This document shows positions 16,708 through 27,055 of a DNA stretch of 64,000 nucleotides, piece after piece. The DNA comes from an uncultured Gemmatimonadaceae bacterium (GTDB lineage: Bacteria; Gemmatimonadota; Gemmatimonadetes; Longimicrobiales; RSA9): contig CAYQCY010000003.1 of assembly GCA_964416095.1 (NCBI GenBank), positions 27,877-91,876 on the forward strand. Reading direction: 5' to 3'. The stretch's first letter is position 1. Each line of letters opens with the position of its first letter. Below the pieces are notes generated by a model, which did no database searches, was not told the origin of the DNA, and saw only the letters and a program-made list of their open reading frames with translations. The position numbers and the translations under genes are program-made.

Positions 16708-17499
16708 TCATGACGCGGTGTCGGGCGGCTCGGCCACCATGGGCACGAAGCGGACCGGCATGGCGGCCACCTCCCGGAGGCCCTCCGGCGTCTTGCGTAG
16801 CACCCGGAGCGTCTGGACCATCCGGCCCACCGGCACCACCATGGTCCCGCCGATGGCGAGCTGCTCTGCCAGCGCCGGCGGCACCCGCTCCGGCGCCGCC
16901 GTCACCACGATGGCGTCGAACGGGGCGTGCTCCGGCCAGCCCAACCACCCGTTGCCCGCCCGCACGTGCACGTTGTCGTAGCCGAGCTCGCTCAGGATGC
17001 CATGGGCCCGCTCCGCCAGCTCGGGCACGATCTCGATGGTGTACACCTCGTCGGCCAGCCCGGCCAGCACGGCGGCGTCGTAGCCCGACCCGGTGCCGAT
17101 CTCCAGCACCCGGTCGTCCGGCTCGATGGCCGCGGCCTCCGCCATGAACGCCACGATGAACGGCTGGGAGATGGTCTGGTCGTAGCCGATGGGCAGCGGA
17201 TGATCCCGGTACGCCAGCGAGGGCGGCGCGCCGGGCACGAACCGGTGCCGCGGCACCTCCCGCATCACCCGGAGCACCGCCGTGTCCGTGATCCCCCGGG
17301 CCTCGATCTGGCGCCGGACCATGGTGTGCCGCAGCTCCGTCAGCGCCGCCGTGTCCTGGGCCTCGGCCGTCGCCGCATCGCCCGGTCGGGATTCCGGCCC
17401 CGCGCACGCGAGCGCCGCGAGCAGAAGCAGGATCGGCGCTATCATGGACTGGAAGACAGGCATCGGTGGCACTCCGCGTTGAATGGAGTTATCCGTCAT
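16708..17499 (-). CDS. pcm: protein-L-isoaspartate O-methyltransferase with N-terminal signal peptide
   Basis: TISQPFIVAFM and LEIGTGSGYDAAVLA (SAM motif I). N-terminus MPVFQSMIAPILLLLAALACAG is signal or lipoprotein-like. The start may instead be ATG 17463. Confidence 0.88.
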   Translation of the reverse strand: MTDNSIQRGVPPMPVFQSMIAPILLLLAALACAGPESRPGDAATAEAQDTAALTELRHTMVRRQIEARGITDTAVLRVMREVPRHRFVPGAPPSLAYRDHPLPIGYDQTISQPFIVAFMAEAAAIEPDDRVLEIGTGSGYDAAVLAGLADEVYTIEIVPELAERAHGILSELGYDNVHVRAGNGWLGWPEHAPFDAIVVTAAPERVPPALAEQLAIGGTMVVPVGRMVQTLRVLRKTPEGLREVAAMPVRFVPMVAEPPDTAS

Positions 17500-17589
17500 G
17501 TCCCGGCGCGACGTTGTTCAGACCATGCAACAAATATACACGGCCGGCCGCACGGACCACCGGGATCGGTGCGGCTCGCGCTTGACGCC

Positions 17590-18894
17590 ATGCCACTCCG
17601 GTCGCTCCTCATCACGGCCCTCCTCCTGGTTTCCGGCTGCCACGACGCGCCGGACGCGGGCACGACCGTGGTGACCTTCTCCGGTAGCGCCGTGGGGGCG
17701 GAGGCGGAGGTTCTCCGCCGTCAGCTCGATACCTTCATGGTGGAGAACCCGGACATCCAGGTCGAGGTCCGGTCCACGCCCGACGCGGCGGACCAGCGCC
17801 ATCAGCTCTACGTGCAGTGGCTCAACGCACGCACGCCGGACCCGGACATCCTGCAGCTCGACGTGATCTGGACCGCGGAGTTCGCCGCCGCGGGTTGGAT
17901 CCTGCCCCTGGACCGGTTCCGACCGCCGGTCGATGCGTTCTTCCCCGCCGCCATCCGGGCCAGCACCTGGCGCGACACCCTGTACGCCCTCCCCTGGTTC
18001 GTGGACGTGGGCATGCTCTACTGGCGGACCGACCTGCTGGAGGACGCGCCTCCGACGTACGCCGATCTTCTGGCGGAAGCCCGCCGGGCGATCGGCCCGG
18101 ACGTGCCGTACGGGTTCGTGTGGCAGGGCGCCCGCTACGAGGGCCTCGTCGTCGTCTTCCTGGAGCACCTGCACGCCTTCGGCGGCCGGGTCCTGGACGA
18201 GGCGGGCCATGTCGCGCTGGACTCGGACGCGGCGCTGCAAGCGCTCCGGTACATGCGCGACGCCGTCCACCGGCACGGCGTCGTGCCCGAGGCGACGCTG
18301 ACCTGGCGCGAGGAGCAGACCCGGTTCGCGTTCCAGAACGGCCGCGCCGTGCTCATGCGCAACTGGCCGTACGCCGTCCCGCTCCTGGAGGACACGGCCG
18401 CCTCCCGGGTCGCCGGCCGGTTCCAGGTGGCGCCGCTGCCCGCGGGGCCGGGCGGCCGGAGCGCCTCGGTGCTCGGCGGCGCGCAACTCGCCATCAACGC
18501 CCACAGCGGCGAAGCGGAGGCGGCGTGGCGGGTGGTCGAGTTCCTGACACGCGCCGACGCCGTGATCGAGCGCGCCCGGGGCGTGGGCCAGTACCCGGCC
18601 CGCCGTGACGTGTACGGCCGGCGGGAGCTGGCCGCGGCGCTGTCGGTGGACCCGGCCCGGGCGCGACGCATCATCGAGCACGCGGTGCCCCGGCCCGTCA
18701 CGCCGGTCTATCCGCAGGTCTCGTCCATCCTCCAGGTCTGGCTGCACCGGGCCCTGACCGGCCAGCGGGACCCGGCGACGGCGCTGGCGCGGGCCGCCGA
18801 CGAGATCCGGTCCCTCCTGGAGCGGGTCGAGCTGGCGCCGGAGCCGTCTTCCGCGGCGCGGCCCGCGGGTGCCGCGGAGTCGTCCCGTGGCTGA
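17590..18894 (+). CDS. carbohydrate ABC transporter substrate-binding lipoprotein
   Basis: Internal ATG of track ORF 16927..18894. MPLRSLLITALLLVSGCHD is a lipobox. The protein looks like a family-1 SBP (QLDVIWTAEFAAAGW). Confidence 0.85.
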   Translation: MPLRSLLITALLLVSGCHDAPDAGTTVVTFSGSAVGAEAEVLRRQLDTFMVENPDIQVEVRSTPDAADQRHQLYVQWLNARTPDPDILQLDVIWTAEFAAAGWILPLDRFRPPVDAFFPAAIRASTWRDTLYALPWFVDVGMLYWRTDLLEDAPPTYADLLAEARRAIGPDVPYGFVWQGARYEGLVVVFLEHLHAFGGRVLDEAGHVALDSDAALQALRYMRDAVHRHGVVPEATLTWREEQTRFAFQNGRAVLMRNWPYAVPLLEDTAASRVAGRFQVAPLPAGPGGRSASVLGGAQLAINAHSGEAEAAWRVVEFLTRADAVIERARGVGQYPARRDVYGRRELAAALSVDPARARRIIEHAVPRPVTPVYPQVSSILQVWLHRALTGQRDPATALARAADEIRSLLERVELAPEPSSAARPAGAAESSRG

Positions 18895-19801
18895 GCGCGC
18901 GACACGGCGGGTCCGGCGGGAGCGGCGCACCGCCTGGCTCATGGTACTGCCGGCCGTGGGCGCCATCGTGCTGGTGGCCATCTTCCCGCTGGCCTGGACC
19001 GCCTGGGAGTCGCTGCACCTCCACGACCTGCGCATGCCCTGGCGGGGCCGGCCCTTCGTGGGTCTCGAAAACTACGCCCGGCTCCTGGCCGACGGTCGCT
19101 TCTGGGGCGCCGCCTGGCACACGGTCATCTTCGTGGTCGTCACGGTCGCCGTCGAGCTCGGCGTGGGCCTGGTGCTGGCGCTGGGGCTGGACCGGATCCG
19201 ACGGGGACGGGGTCTGGCACGCGTCGTCGTGCTGCTGCCGTGGGCCATCCCCACCGCCGTGGCGGCCCTGATCTGGCGCTTCATGTTCGAAGGCGAGACC
19301 GGCGTCGCCAACGCCCTGCTCACCACCGCCGGCGTCCTGGACGAGCCCATCATCTGGTTCGTCGGGTCCGTGACCGCCTGGGTCCCGGTCATGCTCGGCG
19401 ACATCTGGAAGATGACGCCCTTCGTCACGCTGCTGCTCCTGGCCGGGCTCCAGAACATCCCCGACAGCCTGTACGAGGCGGCGCGCATGGACGGGGCGGG
19501 TGCCTGGCAACGGTTCCGCGAGGTGACCCTACCGCTGCTCCGCCCCGCCCTCCTGGTGGCGCTGCTCTTCCGCACGCTGGACGCCGTGCGGGTCTTCGAC
19601 CTGGTCTACGTCCTCACCGGCGGCGGCCCGGGCACGGCCACGGAGCCGCTCTCCGTCTACGCCTTCGAGGCACTGCTCCAGGACCTGCGCTTCGGCTACG
19701 GCTCCGCCGTCTCCATGTCCGTCTTCGTCCTCGCCTTCGTCCTGGCGCTCGTCTACATCCGCGTCCTGGGCCGGACCGGCGTGCGAGGCGCGGCCACGTG
19801 A
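18869..19801 (+). CDS. sugar ABC transporter permease (MalF/UgpA-like)
   Basis: EAA-loop-like YEAARMDGAGAWQRFREVTLPLLRP. The start could instead be GTG 18887. Confidence 0.85.
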   Translation: MPRSRPVAERATRRVRRERRTAWLMVLPAVGAIVLVAIFPLAWTAWESLHLHDLRMPWRGRPFVGLENYARLLADGRFWGAAWHTVIFVVVTVAVELGVGLVLALGLDRIRRGRGLARVVVLLPWAIPTAVAALIWRFMFEGETGVANALLTTAGVLDEPIIWFVGSVTAWVPVMLGDIWKMTPFVTLLLLAGLQNIPDSLYEAARMDGAGAWQRFREVTLPLLRPALLVALLFRTLDAVRVFDLVYVLTGGGPGTATEPLSVYAFEALLQDLRFGYGSAVSMSVFVLAFVLALVYIRVLGRTGVRGAAT

Positions 19802-20625
19802 GCGCCCGGCCCGCACGCCGCTGGCTGGCGCCGACCGTGGTGACCGCGCTCCTCCTGGCCGCCGCCTTCCCGCTGTACTGGACGCTCAAGTCGTCCCTGG
19901 TGCCGGAGGCCCGTCTGTTCCAGGCACCGTCGCTGCTGCCGCGGGAGCTCACCCTGGACCACTACCGGGCCCTCTTCGAGGTGCGACGCTTCTGGCTGCC
20001 CATCCGGAACTCGCTGGTCGTCGCCGGCGCCACCACGCTCCTGTCCGTCACCCTCGGCTCGTTCTGCGCCTACGCCCTGGCCCGCATGCGCTTCCGCGGC
20101 AAGGGCCTGCTGCTCGCGTTCATCCTGGCCGTGGCCATGTTCCCGCAGATCTCCATCGTCTCGCCGCTGTATCTGCTGCTGCGGGAGGTGGGGCTCATCA
20201 ACACCTACCCAGGCCTGGTCCTGCCCTACCTGACGTTCGCCATGCCCCTCACCGTGTGGCTGCTGGTGGGGTTCTTCCGCCAGCTCCCGGACAACCTGGA
20301 GGAGGCGGCCCTGGTGGACGGAGCGGGCCGCTGGCGCACCTTCGGGGAGATCGTCCTGCCGCTGGCGCTGCCGGGCATCGCGACCACGGCCATCCTGACC
20401 TTCCTGTACGCCTGGAACGAATTCATCTTCGCCCTGTCGTTCACCGTCGGGCCGGAGCGCCAGACGGTGCCGGTGGCCATCGCCCTGTTCCGGGGCCGCT
20501 ACCAGGTGCCCTGGGGCGAGGTCCTCGCCGGCGTCGTGGTGGCGACGGTGCCGGTGGCGCTCCTCGTCCTGGTCTTCCAGCGGCGCATCGTCCGGGGGCT
20601 GACCGCCGGCGCGGTGAAAGGCTGA
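19798..20625 (+). CDS. sugar ABC transporter permease (MalG/UgpE-like)
   Basis: GTG start overlapping the preceding stop (GTGA). EAA loop EEAALVDGAGRWRTFGEIVLPLALPG. Confidence 0.85.
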   Translation: MSARPARRWLAPTVVTALLLAAAFPLYWTLKSSLVPEARLFQAPSLLPRELTLDHYRALFEVRRFWLPIRNSLVVAGATTLLSVTLGSFCAYALARMRFRGKGLLLAFILAVAMFPQISIVSPLYLLLREVGLINTYPGLVLPYLTFAMPLTVWLLVGFFRQLPDNLEEAALVDGAGRWRTFGEIVLPLALPGIATTAILTFLYAWNEFIFALSFTVGPERQTVPVAIALFRGRYQVPWGEVLAGVVVATVPVALLVLVFQRRIVRGLTAGAVKG

Positions 20626-20682
20626 CATGAGACGGGACTCGCCGCGCAACGCGTACGCACCGGTCAGGCAGGAGGTCGGCCC

Positions 20683-21804
20683 GTGGCCACGCTGAGGTTC
20701 GAGGAGGTGGACAAGGTCTTCGACGGCGATGCCGCCCTCGAGGACATCAGCCTCGAGGTCCGGGACGGCGAGTTCATGGTCCTGGTGGGGCCGTCCGGCT
20801 CCGGCAAGAGCACCCTGCTCCGGGTCATGGCGGGGCTCGCGACGCCCACCGCGGGCCGCGTCTACATCGACGACGACGACGTCACCGACGCCGAGCCCCG
20901 GGAGCGGGACCTGGCCATGGTCTTCCAGGCGTACGCCCTCTATCCCCACAAGACGGTGCGCGGCAACCTGGAGTTCGCGCTGCGCATGCGGGGCATCGAC
21001 GGGGCCGAGCGCGGCGAGCGGGTCGAGGCGGTGGCGGACACGCTGGGCATCGCCGAGCTGCTCGAACGCAAGCCCGGCCAGCTCTCCGGCGGCCAGCGCC
21101 AGCGCGTCGCCCTGGGCCGGGCCCTCGTCCGGGAGCCACGGGCGTTCCTCCTGGACGAGCCCCTCTCCAACCTGGACCCGGCGCTCCGCCTCCACGCCCG
21201 GGCCGAGCTGGCACGCATCCACCGGCACCTGGACGCGACCTTCCTGTACGTGACCCACGACCAGGAAGAGGCCATGACCCTCGGAGACCGGGTCGCCGTC
21301 CTCCGGGACGGCCGCCTGGAGCAGGTCGCGCCGCCCACGGAGCTCTACCGCAGCCCGGCCACCCGCTTCGTCGGCGAGTTCATCGGCTCGCCGGCCATGA
21401 ACACGTACCGCTGCCGGGTCGAGCACGACGACGGGGTCCGCCTCGTCACGCCCCACTTCCGCCTCGATCCCGGCACGGCCGCGCCCGACGCCATCGGCGA
21501 GGAGGTCGTGCTGGGGATCCGGCCCCACGATGTCCGACGCGCCGGGACGGACGACGCCGACCTGGCCGGTCGCGTCGAGATCCTCGAACCCAGAGGCAGC
21601 GACCTCCTGGTCCGGGCGCGCCTGGGCGGAAGCGACCGCGGTGGAGCGAGCGAGCGGGATCCGGACGAACGGGGGCAGGCCGACACCGTCGCCGTCATCC
21701 TGGACCCGGACGCCGATGTCCAGCCGGATGACGAGATCGGCCTTCGCCTGCCCCGGGACAAGCTCCACTTCTTCGACCCGGAGGACGGCCGCCGCCTCCA
21801 CTGA
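20683..21804 (+). CDS. sugar ABC transporter ATP-binding protein (MalK/UgpC-like)
   Basis: Walker A GPSGSGKST, signature LSGGQRQR, Walker B FLLDEP, and a C-terminal regulatory domain. Confidence 0.92.
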   Translation: MATLRFEEVDKVFDGDAALEDISLEVRDGEFMVLVGPSGSGKSTLLRVMAGLATPTAGRVYIDDDDVTDAEPRERDLAMVFQAYALYPHKTVRGNLEFALRMRGIDGAERGERVEAVADTLGIAELLERKPGQLSGGQRQRVALGRALVREPRAFLLDEPLSNLDPALRLHARAELARIHRHLDATFLYVTHDQEEAMTLGDRVAVLRDGRLEQVAPPTELYRSPATRFVGEFIGSPAMNTYRCRVEHDDGVRLVTPHFRLDPGTAAPDAIGEEVVLGIRPHDVRRAGTDDADLAGRVEILEPRGSDLLVRARLGGSDRGGASERDPDERGQADTVAVILDPDADVQPDDEIGLRLPRDKLHFFDPEDGRRLH

Positions 21805-21813
21805 CCTCGGGTG

Positions 21814-22473
21814 TCAACCCTTCCGGTACAGGGCGTTCACGCTGACCCGGCGCCCCGGATCCAGCTCCACCCGCACGGTCTCGCTCGGGACCTCCGGCTC
21901 CAGCCCGCGCGCCTCCCACGCCGCGTCCAGCACATCCGCGTCCAGCAGCACCGTGCGACCGGCCGGGAAGCCGTCGTAGACGTCGGGCTCCCCGGGCACC
22001 GGCGTCACGCCCTCCCCGGTCAGGTCCACTTCGGGCGTGAACTGGTTGAAGAGGAGCAGCCCGCCGGGCTTGAGGACCCGCGCCGTCTCGTCCGCGGCCC
22101 GTTCCCACTCCCGGCGGCTCGTCGCGCTGTGGTGCACGCCGAGGGCGACGACGAGGTCGAAGGACGCGTCGTCGTACGTCGCCAGGCCATCCATGCGGGC
22201 GACGCGCACGCGGTTCCGCGCCGCTTCCTCCCCCAGCACCGTCGAGACTCGCTCCCGCGTTCGCTCGACCATGGCCTCCGACGCGTCCACCGCGTGGACG
22301 TCGAAGCCGTGCCGGGCGAGGAACTCCGTGTTCCGACCACCCGCACAGCCCAGGTCCAGCACCCGCGCCTCCGGCGGCCGGTCGTAGCGCTCGACCAGCT
22401 CGGCCAGGCGGTGGTCCGGGTCCCGGTCCGCGAACTTCTCCACCCTCGCCGGGTCCTCCCAGTACTCGTTCAT
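21814..22473 (-). CDS. class I SAM-dependent methyltransferase
   Basis: VLDLGCAGGRNTEFLARHGFDVHAVDAS is motif I. Start moved to MNEYWED (ATG 22473). Confidence 0.8.
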   Translation of the reverse strand: MNEYWEDPARVEKFADRDPDHRLAELVERYDRPPEARVLDLGCAGGRNTEFLARHGFDVHAVDASEAMVERTRERVSTVLGEEAARNRVRVARMDGLATYDDASFDLVVALGVHHSATSRREWERAADETARVLKPGGLLLFNQFTPEVDLTGEGVTPVPGEPDVYDGFPAGRTVLLDADVLDAAWEARGLEPEVPSETVRVELDPGRRVSVNALYRKG

Positions 22474-22678
22474 GCCCGGCAATGTGGGCGGCGGCACCCG
22501 GAAGGACCAGCGGACCGTCCAAGCGTCGGCCCGATGGAACGTCGTACACCCGTGCAAGGGTGTACCATCGTGGGTTGCACGACGGTGCCCGGGACGTTAG
22601 CTCCCGCCTCGTGGCTCGGTCCGATCGGCCGCAGCGTTACAGGGGCATCCACGCAGCGAGCGGGACCGGAGGATACGG

Positions 22679-23680
22679 ATGGACTTCGCGATGTGGGGTC
22701 AGGCCCTGCGGGTGATCCCGCGGGTGGACAAGGAGCGGTGGGACCGGCTGGACGTCGTCGCCCGCTGGCTCATCGCCAGCCGGTCCGCCGTCTTCGTCAT
22801 CACCGCCATCTCCGTGGGCATCGCGGGGCTCCTCGCCCTGCGGGAAGGCGTGTTCGACCTCGGGCTCTTCCTGCTCGTCGCCGTCGGGCTCATCATGGCC
22901 CACGCCACGAACAACATCGTCAACGACATGACGGACTACTGGAAGGGCGTGGACCGGGGCAACTACTTCCGGGCCCAGTACGGGCCACAGCCCCTGGAGC
23001 ACGGGCTCATGAGCGTGCGCCAGACCGCGCTCTACGCCGCCGTCACCGGGCTCGTGGCGCTGGCCGCCGGCATCGCGCTGGTCTACCTGCGGGGCGGCCT
23101 GACCCTGCCGCTCCTGGCCGCCGGCGTCTTCTTCGTCCTCTTCTACACCTGGCCGCTCAAGTACATCGGCCTCGGCGAGCTGGCCGTGCTCCTGGTCTGG
23201 GGGCCCCTCATGATCGGCGGCGGCTACTACGTCATCGCCGGCGTCTGGAGCTGGCCCGTCGTCCTGGCCGGCATGCCCTACGCCCTGGGCGCCACCACCG
23301 TCATCTTCGGCAAGCACATCGACAAGCGCGACGCCGACCGGGAGAAGGGCATCCGCACCATCCCCGTCCTCATCGGCGACCGCCCGGCCCGCTACCTGGC
23401 CATCGCCCTCTTCGCGCTCCAGTACGTCTTCGTCGGATACCTGGTGGCCACCGGCTTCTTCACCGTCGCGCTGCTCCTCGTGGTGCTCGCGCTGCCGAAG
23501 CTGGCGCAGGTCTCGAAGATCTACCTGCGGCCCCGGCCCGACGGGCCGCCGGCGGACTACCCGGAGAGCGGCTGGCCCCTCTGGTTCGTGAGCTGGGCGT
23601 TCGTCCACAACCGGGCCTTCGGCGGCCTGTTCCTGCTGGGGCTCATCGCGGACGTGGTGCTCCAGCGGTTCGTGGTGTAG
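22679..23680 (+). CDS. UbiA/MenA-family membrane prenyltransferase
   Basis: Polytopic. Asp-rich motif NNIVNDMTDYWKGVD resembles MenA NDYGDxxKGxD. A second motif is KHIDKRDADREKG. Confidence 0.8.
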   Translation: MDFAMWGQALRVIPRVDKERWDRLDVVARWLIASRSAVFVITAISVGIAGLLALREGVFDLGLFLLVAVGLIMAHATNNIVNDMTDYWKGVDRGNYFRAQYGPQPLEHGLMSVRQTALYAAVTGLVALAAGIALVYLRGGLTLPLLAAGVFFVLFYTWPLKYIGLGELAVLLVWGPLMIGGGYYVIAGVWSWPVVLAGMPYALGATTVIFGKHIDKRDADREKGIRTIPVLIGDRPARYLAIALFALQYVFVGYLVATGFFTVALLLVVLALPKLAQVSKIYLRPRPDGPPADYPESGWPLWFVSWAFVHNRAFGGLFLLGLIADVVLQRFVV

Positions 23681-23831
23681 GGGGCGCGGCACCGTCCTCC
23701 GCATCCGGCGGGTGGCCCCCGCCCCACCGACATCCTTCCACCCCACCACGGGGGGCCATACATTGGACCGTCCGGGTGCCGTAGCCGTTTCCGGCGCCCA
23801 CTCCCCGCACGGACCTCCGGAGGCTCCTGCC

Positions 23832-26135
23832 ATGGCGATGCGGCTCACGAAGGATCTTCTCGAGCGTCGGTTCCCCCAGTACATGGCCGTCTACTTCGGC
23901 GCGTCCTGGGGGCTCATCGAGTTCTTCGCCTTCCTCGAGGACCGGTTCCTCCTGTCGCCCTACTGGACGAACCTGGTCCTGCTCGCGCTCCTGCTGCTCC
24001 TGCCCAGCGTAGGCCTGTTCGTCTACTTCCATGGCCGCAAGGGCGCCGACCGCTGGAACCGGGTCGAGAAGGTGGCCATCCCCGCGAACATGGCCGTGGC
24101 CGTCGTCGTCCTCTTCGGCACCTTCGGCGGCAGGGACCTGGGCGCCGTCACCACCACGGTGACGGTGGAGGACGAGCAGGGCGAGAAGGTCGAGCGGGTC
24201 GTCGTCAAGGACGAGTTCCGGAAGCCACTGGTGCTGTACACGCCGTCCGCGGACTCCACCGACGCGGAATCGGCGTGGCTCGGCTATGCCGTCTTCAACG
24301 GGCTCGTGAACGAGCTGTACCAGGACATGTTCATCAACCTCCGGCCCTCGCTCCTGTTCCGGAACCGGGTCCGCGAAGCCGGATACGCTTCCGACGCCGC
24401 CATGCCGCGGTCCCTCAAGCGGTCCATCGCCGCGGACATGCACGTGCCGTACTTCGTCGACGGGAGCGTGGAACGCGCGGACGAGGGGTATCGCCTGACC
24501 CTGGCGCTGAACGACGCCGACCGGGGCCGGGTGGTGGCCGAACGCGTGCACCGGGGCGAGGACCTGTTCGCCCTCATCGACAGCGCGTCGCTCCAGCTCC
24601 GCCGGGACCTGGAGCTGCCCGCCCGCCACCTGGAGGATTCACCGGACATGCCGGTGCGGGAGCACACCGCGTCCTCCCTGGAAGCGCTGCGGCACTACGG
24701 CGAAGGCCTCGAGGCATGGTTCGTCCAGGACGACTACGTCGCCGCGAGGGCGTCGCTGGAGGCCGCCCTCGAGGCGGACCCGACGTGCGCCGATGTGGCG
24801 CTGACCCTCTACGGGCTGACCGCGGTCATGGGCGACGTCGCAGCGGCACGGGCCGCGCTCCAGACCGCCATGGACAACCTCCATCGCCTGCCCGAACGGA
24901 TGCACTACCAGGTCAAGGGGGAGTGGTACGCCGTCCGCCAGGACCTCCCCAGGGCCTTCGCGGTCTACGAGATGTGGGCCGAGCTCTACCCGCAGGACAT
25001 CATGGCTCAGACCTCGGTCGCCCAGGTCCGGCTCATGCAGAACGACCGCGAGGGCGCCATCGACGCCCTCGAGGCGATCCTCGACCTGGACCCCACCCGG
25101 ATCGAGCTGCTGCCCCGGATCGGGGCGCTCTACGAGACGGTGGGCAATCCCGTCCAGGCCCGGCGCACCTACGAGCGGCACGTCGCGGCGGCCCCCGAGG
25201 ATGAGGCGTCGCTCACGGCGCTGGCGGGCCTGTACCGGCGCGGGGGCGACCACGACCAGGCCCGGGAGATGTACGAGCGGGCCGAGCTGCTCGAGCCGGG
25301 CGACATCTCCGTCGTCCTGTCGCTGGCATCGCTGGACCGGGACGTGGGCCGGTTCGCCGAGGCCGAAGCGCGCTACGAGACGGCGCTGGCGGATGCGCAC
25401 AGCGCGGAACAGCGCTTCGCCGTCCTCACGGCCCTGAGCGGCTACTACGGGGCCCGGGGCGCCATGGACCGGCAGCTCGAGTACACGGAGCGCGCGCTGG
25501 AGGAAGCGGCCTCGTACGCCCCGCCCCTCGTGGTCACCCAGTTCCGCCTCGTCAGCCTGGCCGAGTACGTACAGGCGGACCGGAGCGAGGAGGCGCTGGG
25601 TCTCCTGGACAGCCTGAGCGCGGCGCTCCAGCCGCCCCAGGACGCCCTCGTGCCCATCGGCAAGATGGCCGTGTACGAGGCGCTGGACCGACCGGACGAG
25701 CTCGAGGCGGCGATCCGGGAGGCCGAGACCATGCTCGAGCGAACCGGCATGAACATGCTGGAGGGCCCGGTCATCTACTTCGGCGGCCGACTCCACGAGA
25801 TGCGCGGCAAGTGGGACGCGGCCATCGCCGCCTACGAGCGCGAACGGGCGAACGATCCCACGGACTACACCATCCCGGCGCAGCTCGGCCGCTGCCACCG
25901 GGAGCTCGGCGAGCTGGAGCGGGCCGAGTCGCTGATCCTGGAGACGTTGAAGCTCCGGCCGTCCCACGGGCGCAGCCACTACGAGCTGGCCCTGGTCTAC
26001 GAGGACATGGGCCGCCCTGCCGACGCGATCGCGCATCTGAAGCTGGCGCTGGAGACCTGGGCTATCGCCGACGAGGACCACGATCTGGCGCGCCGGGCGC
26101 GGGAGAAGCTGGCGGAGCTGGGGCCAGCGGCCTGA
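23832..26135 (+). CDS. membrane-anchored TPR-repeat protein
   Basis: Start at MAMRLTKDLL. It has 3-4 N-terminal TM helices, and the C-terminal ~450 aa consists of tandem TPR-like repeats. Confidence 0.75.
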   Translation: MAMRLTKDLLERRFPQYMAVYFGASWGLIEFFAFLEDRFLLSPYWTNLVLLALLLLLPSVGLFVYFHGRKGADRWNRVEKVAIPANMAVAVVVLFGTFGGRDLGAVTTTVTVEDEQGEKVERVVVKDEFRKPLVLYTPSADSTDAESAWLGYAVFNGLVNELYQDMFINLRPSLLFRNRVREAGYASDAAMPRSLKRSIAADMHVPYFVDGSVERADEGYRLTLALNDADRGRVVAERVHRGEDLFALIDSASLQLRRDLELPARHLEDSPDMPVREHTASSLEALRHYGEGLEAWFVQDDYVAARASLEAALEADPTCADVALTLYGLTAVMGDVAAARAALQTAMDNLHRLPERMHYQVKGEWYAVRQDLPRAFAVYEMWAELYPQDIMAQTSVAQVRLMQNDREGAIDALEAILDLDPTRIELLPRIGALYETVGNPVQARRTYERHVAAAPEDEASLTALAGLYRRGGDHDQAREMYERAELLEPGDISVVLSLASLDRDVGRFAEAEARYETALADAHSAEQRFAVLTALSGYYGARGAMDRQLEYTERALEEAASYAPPLVVTQFRLVSLAEYVQADRSEEALGLLDSLSAALQPPQDALVPIGKMAVYEALDRPDELEAAIREAETMLERTGMNMLEGPVIYFGGRLHEMRGKWDAAIAAYERERANDPTDYTIPAQLGRCHRELGELERAESLILETLKLRPSHGRSHYELALVYEDMGRPADAIAHLKLALETWAIADEDHDLARRAREKLAELGPAA

Positions 26136-26225
26136 CCGGTCTTCTTGCCTCACATACCCGAGACACTATTAGTAACCGGTCCGAGCAATGCGCCTCATGG
26201 AGATCCGGGCGGGTGAGGAGAAGGC

Positions 26226-26582
26226 ATGACGAAGCGGATCGGCATCATCTACTGCGAGCGGATCCAGGACACGAGCTGCGTCGGCTGCGCCAAGTGCTTC
26301 AAAGCGGTCAACGACGGGACCTTCGCCTTCGAAGACATGGACGACGTGCGCGTCGTGTTCAAGACGAGTTGCGGCGACTGTCCCGGGCTCGTCCTGCCGA
26401 AGATGGACCTGCAGATGCTGGTGCTGAACTGTCTCGACGAGGGGCTCGACGCCGTCTACTTCGGGACCTGCGTCCAGAAGGCGACGGCGCTCATGAGCTG
26501 CCCCATGAACCTGGAGGGCATCAGCGCCAAGATCGAAGAGAAGTTCGACGTCCCGGTCCGGGTCGGGACCCACGAGTACTGA
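26226..26582 (+). CDS. CGGC-domain protein
   Basis: 118 aa. IGIIYCERIQDTSCVGCAKCFKA...CGDCPG...GTCV matches the Cys pattern of the CGGC domain. GAGGAG SD upstream. Confidence 0.75.
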   Translation: MTKRIGIIYCERIQDTSCVGCAKCFKAVNDGTFAFEDMDDVRVVFKTSCGDCPGLVLPKMDLQMLVLNCLDEGLDAVYFGTCVQKATALMSCPMNLEGISAKIEEKFDVPVRVGTHEY

Positions 26583-26765
26583 GGGTCACGGGTCACGGCG
26601 CCAACTGAGCTTCAACGCCCTTTCCGCAGATCGTACAGCCGTACGTGCTCCACGTCCATCTCGTCCACCCGGCGATCCCCTCCCGGGACTTTCCCCGGAA
26701 ACGGCTAAGGTTTCTCCGTAACCCGTTGTGGTGCAGAGGTGGCGTCGATTGGGAAGTGGGAATTC

Positions 26766-27050
26766 GACGCGGAAGCGCTGAATCGTTGCGCGGACACGCG
26801 GGACGCTCGCCGGCTGCCCTTACGTACGCGCCGCAGCCCGACCTTCGAGGCCTCCTGTCGGACCGCGACGTGACGCGCAACCGTTCGCGCCGGCGGCTTC
26901 CGCGTAGCCGCCTCCATCGGCGTTCCCCCGTTGTCCCGACCGCGAAGGTCGCCCTGCCGCGGGGCCCGGGGATCGACCGGAACGGAAGTTGCCCTCATCA
27001 ACTATGCCCGACCGATCGAACGATCGGCGCTGCGACCTGATAGTGAGGAG
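26766..27050 (-). repeat. intergenic repeat family, copy B (core 26766-26977, inverted relative to A)
   Basis: See copy A. The 44-nt block at 26819-26862 is the reverse complement of 15134-15177 with one mismatch. Confidence 0.9.
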
Positions 27051-27055
27051 ATGCC

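Noticed and set aside
15018-26977. A composite transposon or genomic island bounded by inverted repeat copies A and B.
   Set aside because: There is no transposase, integrase, tRNA target or compositional shift. The enclosed genes are ordinary housekeeping and transport genes. A third copy lies elsewhere. I kept only the weaker 'invertible by homologous recombination' idea.
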